Assembly (NCBI GenBank): GCA_964441135.1 | Contig: CAYTUL010000001.1 | Coordinates: 1 to 28,644 of the forward strand | DNA from: an uncultured Desulfobacteraceae bacterium | GTDB taxonomy: Bacteria > Desulfobacterota > DSM-4660 > Desulfatiglandales > HGW-15 | Direction of reading: 5' to 3' | Length of the DNA: 28,644 nt | In this document: positions 9,408-16,615 of the stretch, in pieces | Layout of the letters: every line of letters begins with the position of its first letter | Numbering within the stretch: the first letter of the stretch is position 1 | Translations under genes and position numbers: made by a program | Notes under the pieces: generated by a model | What the model saw: only the letters and a program-made list of their open reading frames with translations | What the model was told of the DNA's origin: nothing | The model's database searches: none

Positions 9408-9704
9408 TTAAAAATTCATTCTTATAATTTCCTGATAGGCCTCCAAAAGCTTGTTTCTGATTCGGAGAAGGAATTTGAAGGAAAGATCCGCCTTTTCGGA
9501 GGCAATCATGATTTCATGAAGATCGTATTTTTTACCAAGGGCGAAATCCTCCGCCATTTGATCGGCGTCTTTTATCTGCCGGTCTACCTGGGAGATTAGG
9601 GATTTTAGTGTGTCCTTAAAACTGATTTGACCGGTGGTTGTTTCCTTTTTCGGACTAAAAACAGGGAGCGAAGAATCCCCCGTTATTTTTTTCAACGCAT
9701 CCAT
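9408..9704 (-). CDS. fliE: Hook-basal body complex protein FliE
   Basis: DLHEIMIASEKADLSFKFLLRIRNKLLEAYQEIIRM signature. Confidence 0.96.
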   Translation of the reverse strand: MDALKKITGDSSLPVFSPKKETTTGQISFKDTLKSLISQVDRQIKDADQMAEDFALGKKYDLHEIMIASEKADLSFKFLLRIRNKLLEAYQEIIRMNF

Positions 9705-9717
9705 AGAGAAAACCTCC

Positions 9718-10155
9718 TTACCGCCCGATATCTAAGGCCTTCAGGGCCATCTCTTTGGCGGTTCTTATGGCGGCGGCATTGGCCTCATAGGATCGATTGG
9801 CGTTTAACATCTGTACCATTTCCTGCACGAGGTTTACGTTTGGCAGGTATAGATATCCATGTTCATCTGCATCGGGATGGGAAGGGTCATATATCTTTTT
9901 AAATTCCCCGGGGACAGGAACTATTTTAGAAACCCTGACTCCATAGATCTGTTTTTCAAATGAATTCCGGAGTTGGGCGTCAAAGGAGTCGTCCAGGGGG
10001 ACGGTCTCGAATATACTGGTCTTCCTTCTGTAGGGCGTACCATCCGCGGTCCTTGTCGTATTAGCGTTGGCGAGGTTCATGGAAATGATATTGAGCCTGG
10101 TCCTCTGGGCGGTCATCCCGCTTGCAGCTATATCGATACATTTTATAAGGTCCAT
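9718..10155 (-). CDS. flgC: Basal-body rod protein FlgC
   Basis: SGMTAQRTRLNIISMNLANANTTRT, YDPSHPDAD-GYLYLPNVNLVQEM, RSYEAN. Confidence 0.97.
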   Translation of the reverse strand: MDLIKCIDIAASGMTAQRTRLNIISMNLANANTTRTADGTPYRRKTSIFETVPLDDSFDAQLRNSFEKQIYGVRVSKIVPVPGEFKKIYDPSHPDADEHGYLYLPNVNLVQEMVQMLNANRSYEANAAAIRTAKEMALKALDIGR

Positions 10156-10159
10156 CTGG

Positions 10160-10582
10160 TTATCTCCTTACCTCTTCAAGCAGGCTTCTTAAGGCTCGAA
10201 GCTTTTTTGTAATCAGTCTGGTCGTTGCCTCGTAAAGCAGATTATTCTTCGTCATTTTGGCCATCTCCTCGTCCATGTTCAATTGGCCGGAGCCTGTGCT
10301 GTCATCAATCAATGTCTCTATAGGAAACTCACCTTTTTCCAGTTCGAGGGCATTGGAAAAATGTCCAGGATTCGTGGTGCTGAGATGTAATTGTATTTTT
10401 TCAGATGCCTGCTGCAGCTCCTGGTCAAAACGCAGTTCCTTTGCTTGATAACCGGGGGTATCCACATTGGCGAGGTTTTCCGAAATGACTTGCTGATTGG
10501 CGCTTCTGAAGTCAAGGGCCCGGGAAAGAATCCTTTCTGTCTGTCCTAAGAGCCCGTTTTGAAAGAAATGGTTGATTCTCAT
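10160..10582 (-). CDS. flgB: Basal-body rod protein FlgB
   Basis: ISENLANVDTPGYQAKELRF and NMDEEMAKMTKNNLLY; GGAGA RBS. Confidence 0.96.
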   Translation of the reverse strand: MRINHFFQNGLLGQTERILSRALDFRSANQQVISENLANVDTPGYQAKELRFDQELQQASEKIQLHLSTTNPGHFSNALELEKGEFPIETLIDDSTGSGQLNMDEEMAKMTKNNLLYEATTRLITKKLRALRSLLEEVRR

Positions 10583-10617
10583 TTTAATTCTCCCTGGATA
10601 GGTTTTGAATATATTCC

Positions 10618-10633
10618 TGCAAAAGGGATACCA
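10618..10633 (-). promoter_or_regulatory. Sigma54 -24/-12 promoter of the flgB-fliJ-motE operon
   Basis: Minus strand reads TGGTAT-CCCTT-TTGCA; predicted +1 near 10607, about 25 nt before the flgB ATG. Confidence 0.82.
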
Positions 10634-10690
10634 AAACTCCCGGCGGATGTTATCTTTAAATGAATACCTCTATAACCAGACGGTTTCCTG

Positions 10691-10714
10691 AAAAACGGGG
10701 AACAAAAGGTTCCC
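10691..10714 (-). terminator. Probable intrinsic terminator after the activator operon
   Basis: Minus strand GGGAAC-CTTTT-GTTCCC hairpin followed by CGTTTTT. Confidence 0.55.
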
Positions 10715-10729
10715 TTTGACCCTTCTGAA

Positions 10730-10767
10730 TAGGACATATTTTCCTACCGACAGGAGCCATTATCCTA
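10730..10767. promoter_or_regulatory. Two 13-bp dyads, candidate activator sites for the flgB promoter
   Basis: GGACATATTTTCC 10732-10744 (inside TAGGA-N7-TCCTA) and GGAGCCATTATCC 10753-10765, 21 bp apart. Confidence 0.5.
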
Positions 10768-10869
10768 TGAAAATAGGGATAACCTTGAACCGGAAACTTG
10801 GGGAGGATATGGAATGATGTAAGGAGTTTTGACGTAGGAAGATAAATTCTGAACGATTATTCTCATAGT

Positions 10870-10883
10870 GTCAAAATTTTGAC
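10870..10883. promoter_or_regulatory. Perfect palindrome GTCAAAATTTTGAC (copy 1)
   Basis: Identical copy at 15761-15774; both are intergenic and upstream of sigma54 promoters. Confidence 0.65.
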
Positions 10884-10885
10884 TA

Positions 10886-12277
10886 TTATCTCTGTTTTTT
10901 CTCTGGCAAGAGCTCCTCTCTGTCCATATCGTATTCGTATTCATTGATTTTGTTTCTCAAGGTCCTCACACTTATCCCGAGAACCTTGGCCGCATGAGTC
11001 CTGTTTCCCTTATGATCATCCAGTGCCCTCAGGATCATTCTTTTTTCCATTTCCTTTAATGGAACAACGGGATGATAATCCAACTCATGAACGTCTCTCT
11101 TCTGATCGATATTGCTTATTGATTTTATATCGTCGCACCGGATCTCCTCCGATTCGACAAGGAGGGTAGCCCTTTCGATCAGATTCTCAAATTCCCTTAC
11201 ATTTCCGGTCCACTCCATTCTTTGCAGCAATTTCACGGCATCCGCGGAAAGTTTTTTTATGGATACATTATTAAGGGAGCAATGTTTCCTGAGGAAAAAA
11301 TCACCAAGGGGAGAAATATCCTCAGGCCTTTCTCTCAAGGGGGGCAATTTTAAAGGTACTACATTCAGGCGATAAAACAGATCCAGCCGGAAATTCCCCT
11401 TTTTTGTTTCCTCCTCTAAATTCCTGTTGGTTGTTGCTATAACCCGTGTATCCACAGGTATGGAATATTGACCGCCTACCCTGTCTATCTCTCTTTCCTG
11501 AAGCACCCTCAGGAGCTTTGATTGTATGGATACAGCCATCTCACTTATCTCATCAAGAAGGAGAGTTCCCCCGTTCGCCAATTCAAACTTTCCCTTTTTT
11601 CGGGAAACAGCCCCAGTAAACGCCCCTTTTTCATGACCGAAAAGCTCACTCTCCAGGAGGTTCTCCGGCAGAGCCGCGCAGTTGACTGCAATAAAGGGAC
11701 CTTCCCTTCGATCACTGTTGTTGTGTATGAAGCGGGCCATGACTTCCTTGCCAACCCCCGTTTCCCCGTTTATTAATATGGTGGATCGGCTTGACGCAAT
11801 CTTTTTGGCCATCTCCATTATCCTGCGCATGGAAGGATGAACAGCAATAACCTTGAAACCCGCCTGGTAGGGTTTGTCCTTTCGAGTCTGGGTTTTCCAG
11901 GCGAAGCAAGGGCATTTCAGAGCACCTTCTATCACTGCCCACAATCTTTCCGGAGAGATATTTCCGGCAATATAATCGAAGGCTCCAAGTTTAATTGTTT
12001 TTATCGCATCTTCGATATCCGGCTTTTTACTCATGAGTATGACGGGAAGTTCCGGGAATTTGCTCCTTATCTCAGACAGCACCCTCAAAAAGATCTCCGA
12101 ATCCCCGTTAATCTGTCCGGCCCATAATCTGGGAGAAAGGCTTTGTATTTTCTCTAGGAGATTGTCATTGCAGTCCGCCATCAGGACCTTATATCCATTT
12201 GACTCGAGTCGCTTCCACAGGGTTTCCGGCAGAGTGAAATCCGGGGCCGTCCACAGAATATTGTTATTGGTGTTCAT
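10886..12277 (-). CDS. Sigma54-dependent enhancer-binding activator, FlbD/FlrC-like, with a degenerate receiver domain
   Basis: Walker A GETGVGKE, intact GAFTGA, LLLDEISEM Walker B, Fis-type HTH GNRTHAAKVLGISVRTLRNKINEY. The N-terminal receiver fold lacks the acidic pair, the phospho-Asp and the Lys. Confidence 0.93.
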   Translation of the reverse strand: MNTNNNILWTAPDFTLPETLWKRLESNGYKVLMADCNDNLLEKIQSLSPRLWAGQINGDSEIFLRVLSEIRSKFPELPVILMSKKPDIEDAIKTIKLGAFDYIAGNISPERLWAVIEGALKCPCFAWKTQTRKDKPYQAGFKVIAVHPSMRRIMEMAKKIASSRSTILINGETGVGKEVMARFIHNNSDRREGPFIAVNCAALPENLLESELFGHEKGAFTGAVSRKKGKFELANGGTLLLDEISEMAVSIQSKLLRVLQEREIDRVGGQYSIPVDTRVIATTNRNLEEETKKGNFRLDLFYRLNVVPLKLPPLRERPEDISPLGDFFLRKHCSLNNVSIKKLSADAVKLLQRMEWTGNVREFENLIERATLLVESEEIRCDDIKSISNIDQKRDVHELDYHPVVPLKEMEKRMILRALDDHKGNRTHAAKVLGISVRTLRNKINEYEYDMDREELLPEKKQR

Positions 12278-12292
12278 ACCCGGTTTGCTCTC

Positions 12293-15253
12293 CTATTTTT
12301 TGCCAAGGGATAATCGTTGTAACTGGGTTTCAAGACCCAGGTTGCCTAATTTTAACTGAGCCCTTTGCTGTAGTACCGTGCCGGCTCCTTCGGTTATCTC
12401 ATTGAGTACATTTTCGGCCTTTGATCCTTGTCCCGAATCCAGATAGGATTGGGCCAATCTGTATCTGTTTTCCCAGTAATCGGGTTTACCGGGGCCGTAA
12501 CCCAACTCGAAACCACGCTCAAAGGCTTTGATGGCTTTGGCTAATTCCCCTTCGGCATGAAATAGCTTGCCAAGTTCAATCTGGAGGGCTTGAAGGAGTT
12601 CATCTTGGTTCTTCATCTGCTCGGCAAGTCCCAGTGACCTGTCTAAGAGGGCTTCCGCCCCTTTATAGTTCCCTTGATTATAAAGAATCTTGCCCATTGA
12701 TAAGAATGTTCTGGCAATTTCATCATCGGGAAGTTCCTGATTACCCGAAACCAATGAACGATAAAGCCTGTAAGCTTCTTTTAATTGGCCATTTTCTCTG
12801 TATATATCCGCCAAAAGACCGGTGAGTACATGCCTGTCAGATTTATCAAGCTCGGATTTTTTGCTCTCTTCCAATAGACTCCGGGCCTTTTCAATCTCCC
12901 CTATTCGCATGTAACTACCGGCTAAGCCATGGAGATAAATGCCTTTTGATTTGCGGTTTAAATCAAAGGTTTTTAACTTTGAGAAAGTGGAAATCGCCTC
13001 TTCGTACCTGTGGATGTTATTGAAAGCGACGGCGACCAGAATTAGGGTATTGGGATCAAGATTACTCTCAAAGATTGATTTTTCGGGGCCGTACAATTCT
13101 ATTAATTCATCATAATGAGCTGCATGATACAGACGGGTGATTTCCTCTTCTGCCGCGTGATAGTATAATTTCTTGGCGTCCTTACGGGTTTCGGTCTCGA
13201 CGGGCTTGGCAATCAGATCCCTCAGTGTGTCCATCGCGGCCCTGTATTTTTTACGCTCAACGAGTTGATATGCTTTCTCTAATATTGCCAGTTCCCCGAT
13301 GGGCTCGCGGTTTTTCTCACTGCTGAGATCGTCGAGGATCGTGATATCCGAAAAGTAGTCGGCAAGGCGCAATTTGGCTATGGACGCGCCTTCACTATTC
13401 GGGTAATAATCGATAACCATCCTGTAGTATTTTTCAGCCTCTTTCTCATTTTCCTGATGATGATATGTGTCACCGATTCGGGAAAGGAGCATGTCCGTAG
13501 ACTCGGGTTGTTGCCCGATATTAACGGCCCTGAAGAGGAATTCTCTCGCGCGTTCATAATCATTGAGGTAGAGAGAATTTTTCGCTCTCAATAAAAGATA
13601 TTCAGGGTGACTTAAATAGAGATCAGGGTTGGAATCTGAAATTTTATTAAGGCTGTCCTCGGCATTTTGATAAAGACCCATCATGTGATAGTAACTTGCG
13701 ATCCAGAAATTGGCCTCCGTTGCGATTTTGGTGCCTGGATATTCCTTTATGAGGATTTTAAAGTCCTCAATGGCCTTTTCAGGTTGGTCCATGCTTAAAT
13801 AGATCTTCCCTCTCGTTAGATATGCGAGAGGCAAGTATTTATCCTTTTCCATTTGACCGATTAATATCCCCATATAACCGACGGCCTGAAAGTGGTTCCC
13901 GGACTCAGAGCTCACCTGAGCCATCTTGATATAGGCCATGGATTTGAAATCCGAATTTCTGAACCTGTCAATAGCATACTCATAACTGTGAATAACCTTA
14001 GGGCCTGCCTCCTTATCACCTCTCTTCCATAGCCGGTAGTAAAAATCTCCCCGCCAGAAGGAAATAATCTCACTAATAGTTGAGTCCGGATACTCCTGGA
14101 TAAACTGATTGACAAGCAGGACTCCTTTCTCATAATCATTGATCTCCATCGCTTCCTGTATTCGACCGAAAAGAAAGGCTTCTCCGGGGCTTAAGCCTTC
14201 TATAGACGCTTCAATCGGAGAGCTAAAGGGGAACACATCATCTAATTTCGGGTCAACTATAAGAGAGTTATCGCCGTTGGTCCTATTTAATGGAGTCTTA
14301 GCCATTACCCCGCCGGAATCGTCTTTTTCCCTTTTAGGAATCTTCATCCTGACGAAATGTCCCATTTCCTGTGATGGTGTTGCCGATGAATTCTCGCCTC
14401 CTTCCCCGGCGCCGTCCCCGCTTTTTTTAATGGATGTCAGACTGTTTCCCTCCTGAGTATTCGAGTCCTGGATCAACCCTAATAGGCCACCGGGTATATT
14501 CCCGGGTTCGTTGAAAAAGTCCAGAACGAGCCTGTTTCCAACCTCCATCCAAAAGGAGCGAATTCGATTCGGGGGGGACACAAGCTGAAGAAGGATATCC
14601 ATACCATTATTTGCTTGTTTGAGAACGGTCACCTCTCTGATCCACTTAATAGGGCCGTATTTTTCCTTTTTCATGTCCTTGGAGAGGGCCTCCAACCGAA
14701 TTCCCACAGTTGTCGGGCCGGAATAATTCATCTCCCATTGGGGTTCATGATCTAAATTCATGACCATCCTCGTCGCCTCTTCCTTAAAACCGAATCTTAT
14801 TCCCTTAAGATCCGGTAAATTCCTCTCCACCTTTTGGGTCCTATCCCTTTTTCCCAAGGGAGTTACCTGGATACAAAGGATTTTTTTTTCTTCCAGCCAT
14901 GAGCTGTCAATTTCATGTATGGGCCCCTTAAGAGTAATTTTAAAGATTAGATCAGGGGTGCCTTTTTCTTCACCAACCTCTATCCTGTTATACTCTGCGA
15001 GCCTGTTTTCTAATTCAGGTGTTTTTCTGGAGTCATGGATTGTTAGTATAATCCTGTTCCCTTTGGCCTGAGTCAAATCGAACCTGGGCCTTTCCTCGAG
15101 CATGAGGGCGAGTATTTCTCGATCGTCCTTTGCCCCGAATTCCAAGTCAAGTACCCTGTTGAAGGCCTTCACATTTCGGGATATGGACAAGCCGAGGAAG
15201 AGAACAGATAGGAAGAGAATAGACCTAATCAAGCCCCTTGAAACGATCATCAT
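12293..15253 (-). CDS. Exported 986-aa protein: signal peptide, two AMIN-like beta domains, low-complexity linker, long TPR array
   Basis: N-terminal LIRSILFLSVLFLGLSISRNVKA. AMIN-like IRFGFKEEATRMVMNLD...NRLVLDFF. TPR/BamD-like FIQEYPDS, LIKEYPGTKIATEANFW, VIDYYPNSEGASIAKLRL. ATGA overlap with the upstream gene. Confidence 0.88.
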   Translation of the reverse strand: MMIVSRGLIRSILFLSVLFLGLSISRNVKAFNRVLDLEFGAKDDREILALMLEERPRFDLTQAKGNRIILTIHDSRKTPELENRLAEYNRIEVGEEKGTPDLIFKITLKGPIHEIDSSWLEEKKILCIQVTPLGKRDRTQKVERNLPDLKGIRFGFKEEATRMVMNLDHEPQWEMNYSGPTTVGIRLEALSKDMKKEKYGPIKWIREVTVLKQANNGMDILLQLVSPPNRIRSFWMEVGNRLVLDFFNEPGNIPGGLLGLIQDSNTQEGNSLTSIKKSGDGAGEGGENSSATPSQEMGHFVRMKIPKREKDDSGGVMAKTPLNRTNGDNSLIVDPKLDDVFPFSSPIEASIEGLSPGEAFLFGRIQEAMEINDYEKGVLLVNQFIQEYPDSTISEIISFWRGDFYYRLWKRGDKEAGPKVIHSYEYAIDRFRNSDFKSMAYIKMAQVSSESGNHFQAVGYMGILIGQMEKDKYLPLAYLTRGKIYLSMDQPEKAIEDFKILIKEYPGTKIATEANFWIASYYHMMGLYQNAEDSLNKISDSNPDLYLSHPEYLLLRAKNSLYLNDYERAREFLFRAVNIGQQPESTDMLLSRIGDTYHHQENEKEAEKYYRMVIDYYPNSEGASIAKLRLADYFSDITILDDLSSEKNREPIGELAILEKAYQLVERKKYRAAMDTLRDLIAKPVETETRKDAKKLYYHAAEEEITRLYHAAHYDELIELYGPEKSIFESNLDPNTLILVAVAFNNIHRYEEAISTFSKLKTFDLNRKSKGIYLHGLAGSYMRIGEIEKARSLLEESKKSELDKSDRHVLTGLLADIYRENGQLKEAYRLYRSLVSGNQELPDDEIARTFLSMGKILYNQGNYKGAEALLDRSLGLAEQMKNQDELLQALQIELGKLFHAEGELAKAIKAFERGFELGYGPGKPDYWENRYRLAQSYLDSGQGSKAENVLNEITEGAGTVLQQRAQLKLGNLGLETQLQRLSLGKK

Positions 15254-15585
15254 TTTTTCTTATCTTTTAAGAGAGATTGAAGCATTTGAAGAATCATTTC
15301 CTGCTGCTTCAAGATTTGAAGATTGGTTTCAACCATGAAACGGGTCGATATAGCGATCTCCCTCAAATGTTCTATGGATGGATCCGTGCTATAAAGCCTG
15401 TCTCCATTTCGGTTTTTATCAATCAGAGACTCATAAAACTCTTTGGTCAGCTCCATATGCACTCCACCCGGAATATCGACTTTTGTATCAGCACCCTGCA
15501 CGCGGGTTAATGTCGAACCTGATATAAAAGTAGCCACGAGTATCACACCAATGATGATATATTTGATTACCTTTGTTTTTTTCAT
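15250..15585 (-). CDS. Small exported or membrane-anchored hypothetical protein with a C-terminal coiled coil
   Basis: MKKTKVIKYIIIGVILVATFISG signal-like N-terminus; GGGGA RBS; first gene after the sigma54 promoter; stop overlaps the next start. Confidence 0.85.
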   Translation of the reverse strand: MKKTKVIKYIIIGVILVATFISGSTLTRVQGADTKVDIPGGVHMELTKEFYESLIDKNRNGDRLYSTDPSIEHLREIAISTRFMVETNLQILKQQEMILQMLQSLLKDKKK

Positions 15586-15626
15586 ATTGTTCCCCGGTTA
15601 AAATGACGGTTTGCCTTAGAGGAAAT

Positions 15627-15642
15627 AGCATATCCTGTGCCA
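15627..15642 (-). promoter_or_regulatory. Sigma54 -24/-12 promoter of the small protein-TPR-activator operon
   Basis: Minus strand reads TGGCAC-AGGAT-ATGCT; predicted +1 near 15616. Confidence 0.85.
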
Positions 15643-15740
15643 TCAAATCCTTTTCTTTCAGATGTCGGGTCGAAATAGCTTAAAGCTCTTAATTAATTGG
15701 ATATTCGTCCGACATGTTCTTTATAATGACGGCCCTGTCG

Positions 15741-15774
15741 AGAAATAATTGCCACGCATTGTCAAAATTTTGAC
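15741..15774. promoter_or_regulatory. 13-bp dyad plus GTCAAAATTTTGAC palindrome (copy 2), candidate activator sites
   Basis: AGAAATAATTGCC 15741-15753 (reverse GGCAATTATTTCT) and GTCAAAATTTTGAC 15761-15774; centres about 20.5 bp apart. Confidence 0.65.
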
Positions 15775-15921
15775 GATCGAAATCTTTTCGATGAAACCTG
15801 AAAGTCTCGGTGATCCCGAGCATCGTGGATCGGAGGTAATGGGCTCGGCTCATATGTAAGAAACTTCCGCATCGCGGAGGTCAGGATTATTCGGTAGTGT
15901 TAAATCGCGACCACGTCCTTA

Positions 15922-16085
15922 GAGACTGTGTTGTAATTCGAAAAGAACGTCATTCCGGACGAGCGGTGCGCAGCATAGCGAGATCCGGAATCCAGGAAAA
16001 CTGAATCATCTTGAAGACTTCTGGATCCCGGCTCACGCCCCGTTCAACGGGACTCGGACGGGATGACGAATTGCGACACAGCCTC
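15922..16085. mobile_element. 164-bp MITE-like element with about 19-bp terminal inverted repeats and a TTA target-site duplication
   Basis: Left end GAGACTGTGTTGTAATTCG; right end reverse complement GAGGCTGTGTCGCAATTCG. TTA direct repeats at 15919-15921 and 16086-16088. Internal REP-like doublet at 15949-15995 and 16021-16067. Confidence 0.85.
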
Positions 16086-16105
16086 TTAGGGCGTGGATTC
16101 TTTAA

Positions 16106-16121
16106 TGGCATCGTATTTGCT
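16106..16121 (+). promoter_or_regulatory. Sigma54 -24/-12 promoter of the FliT/FlgN-like gene
   Basis: TGGCAT-CGTAT-TTGCT; +1 near 16132, AGGAGG at 16135-16140, TTG start at 16149. Confidence 0.85.
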
Positions 16122-16148
16122 TAAAATCATCAGCAGGAGGTTAGAAAG

Positions 16149-16544
16149 TTGGTCGTGGAATCGAACATTTTATTGGAAAAGAACCGGGTCCTGTTTAACA
16201 GGATGAAAGAATTGGCGATCAAGCAAGAGAAACTCATCAACGAGGATGAAATCTTTGAATTTCTCAATCTGTCAAATCAAAGGGAAAATCTTAAACGTGA
16301 AATAATGAGAAATAACAAGCATTATAGATCCATTATAAAGAAAAGGCCGGATTCCCTTTCCGTGGAGATCGATGATGTAATCGCTTCCATCCAGGAACTG
16401 GACAGGAGGATCGAAAAATTAATCCTTGAAAAAAGGAGCGATCTTATTCTCGAGGCCAAGAGATTAAGCAAGGGAAAGACGGCCGTGAAGGGGTATGGCG
16501 GCCATCACTTGAAGGCCCCCCGGTTTGTGAATAAAAAAGGATAA
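16149..16544 (+). CDS. FliT/FlgN-like flagellar export chaperone (helical, 131 aa)
   Basis: Strong RBS with TTG start; helical sequence; C-terminal KGYGG...PRFVNKKG tail of the kind seen in these chaperones; own sigma54 promoter. Exact family not resolved. Confidence 0.7.
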   Translation: MVVESNILLEKNRVLFNRMKELAIKQEKLINEDEIFEFLNLSNQRENLKREIMRNNKHYRSIIKKRPDSLSVEIDDVIASIQELDRRIEKLILEKRSDLILEAKRLSKGKTAVKGYGGHHLKAPRFVNKKG

Positions 16545-16615
16545 GACCCCGGAAATTGTACAGCCTGTTGAAATAAAACAGTTTTAACGGGATTGTTAAT
16601 AATATGTCATGCACA

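Noticed and set aside
15590-15616. GGCAAACC on the minus strand as a c-di-GMP-I riboswitch
   Set aside because: The predicted leader is only about 31 nt, and the downstream GAAA/GGGACGCAAAGC elements are absent.
15689-15715. TTAA-N15-TCCGACAT as a sigma28 promoter
   Set aside because: Weak match in both boxes; the downstream gene already has a clear sigma54 promoter.
15781-15900. Known riboswitch or ribozyme (c-di-GMP-II, glycine, c-di-AMP, hammerhead)
   Set aside because: Only isolated short words match; the required core motifs and their order are missing on both strands.
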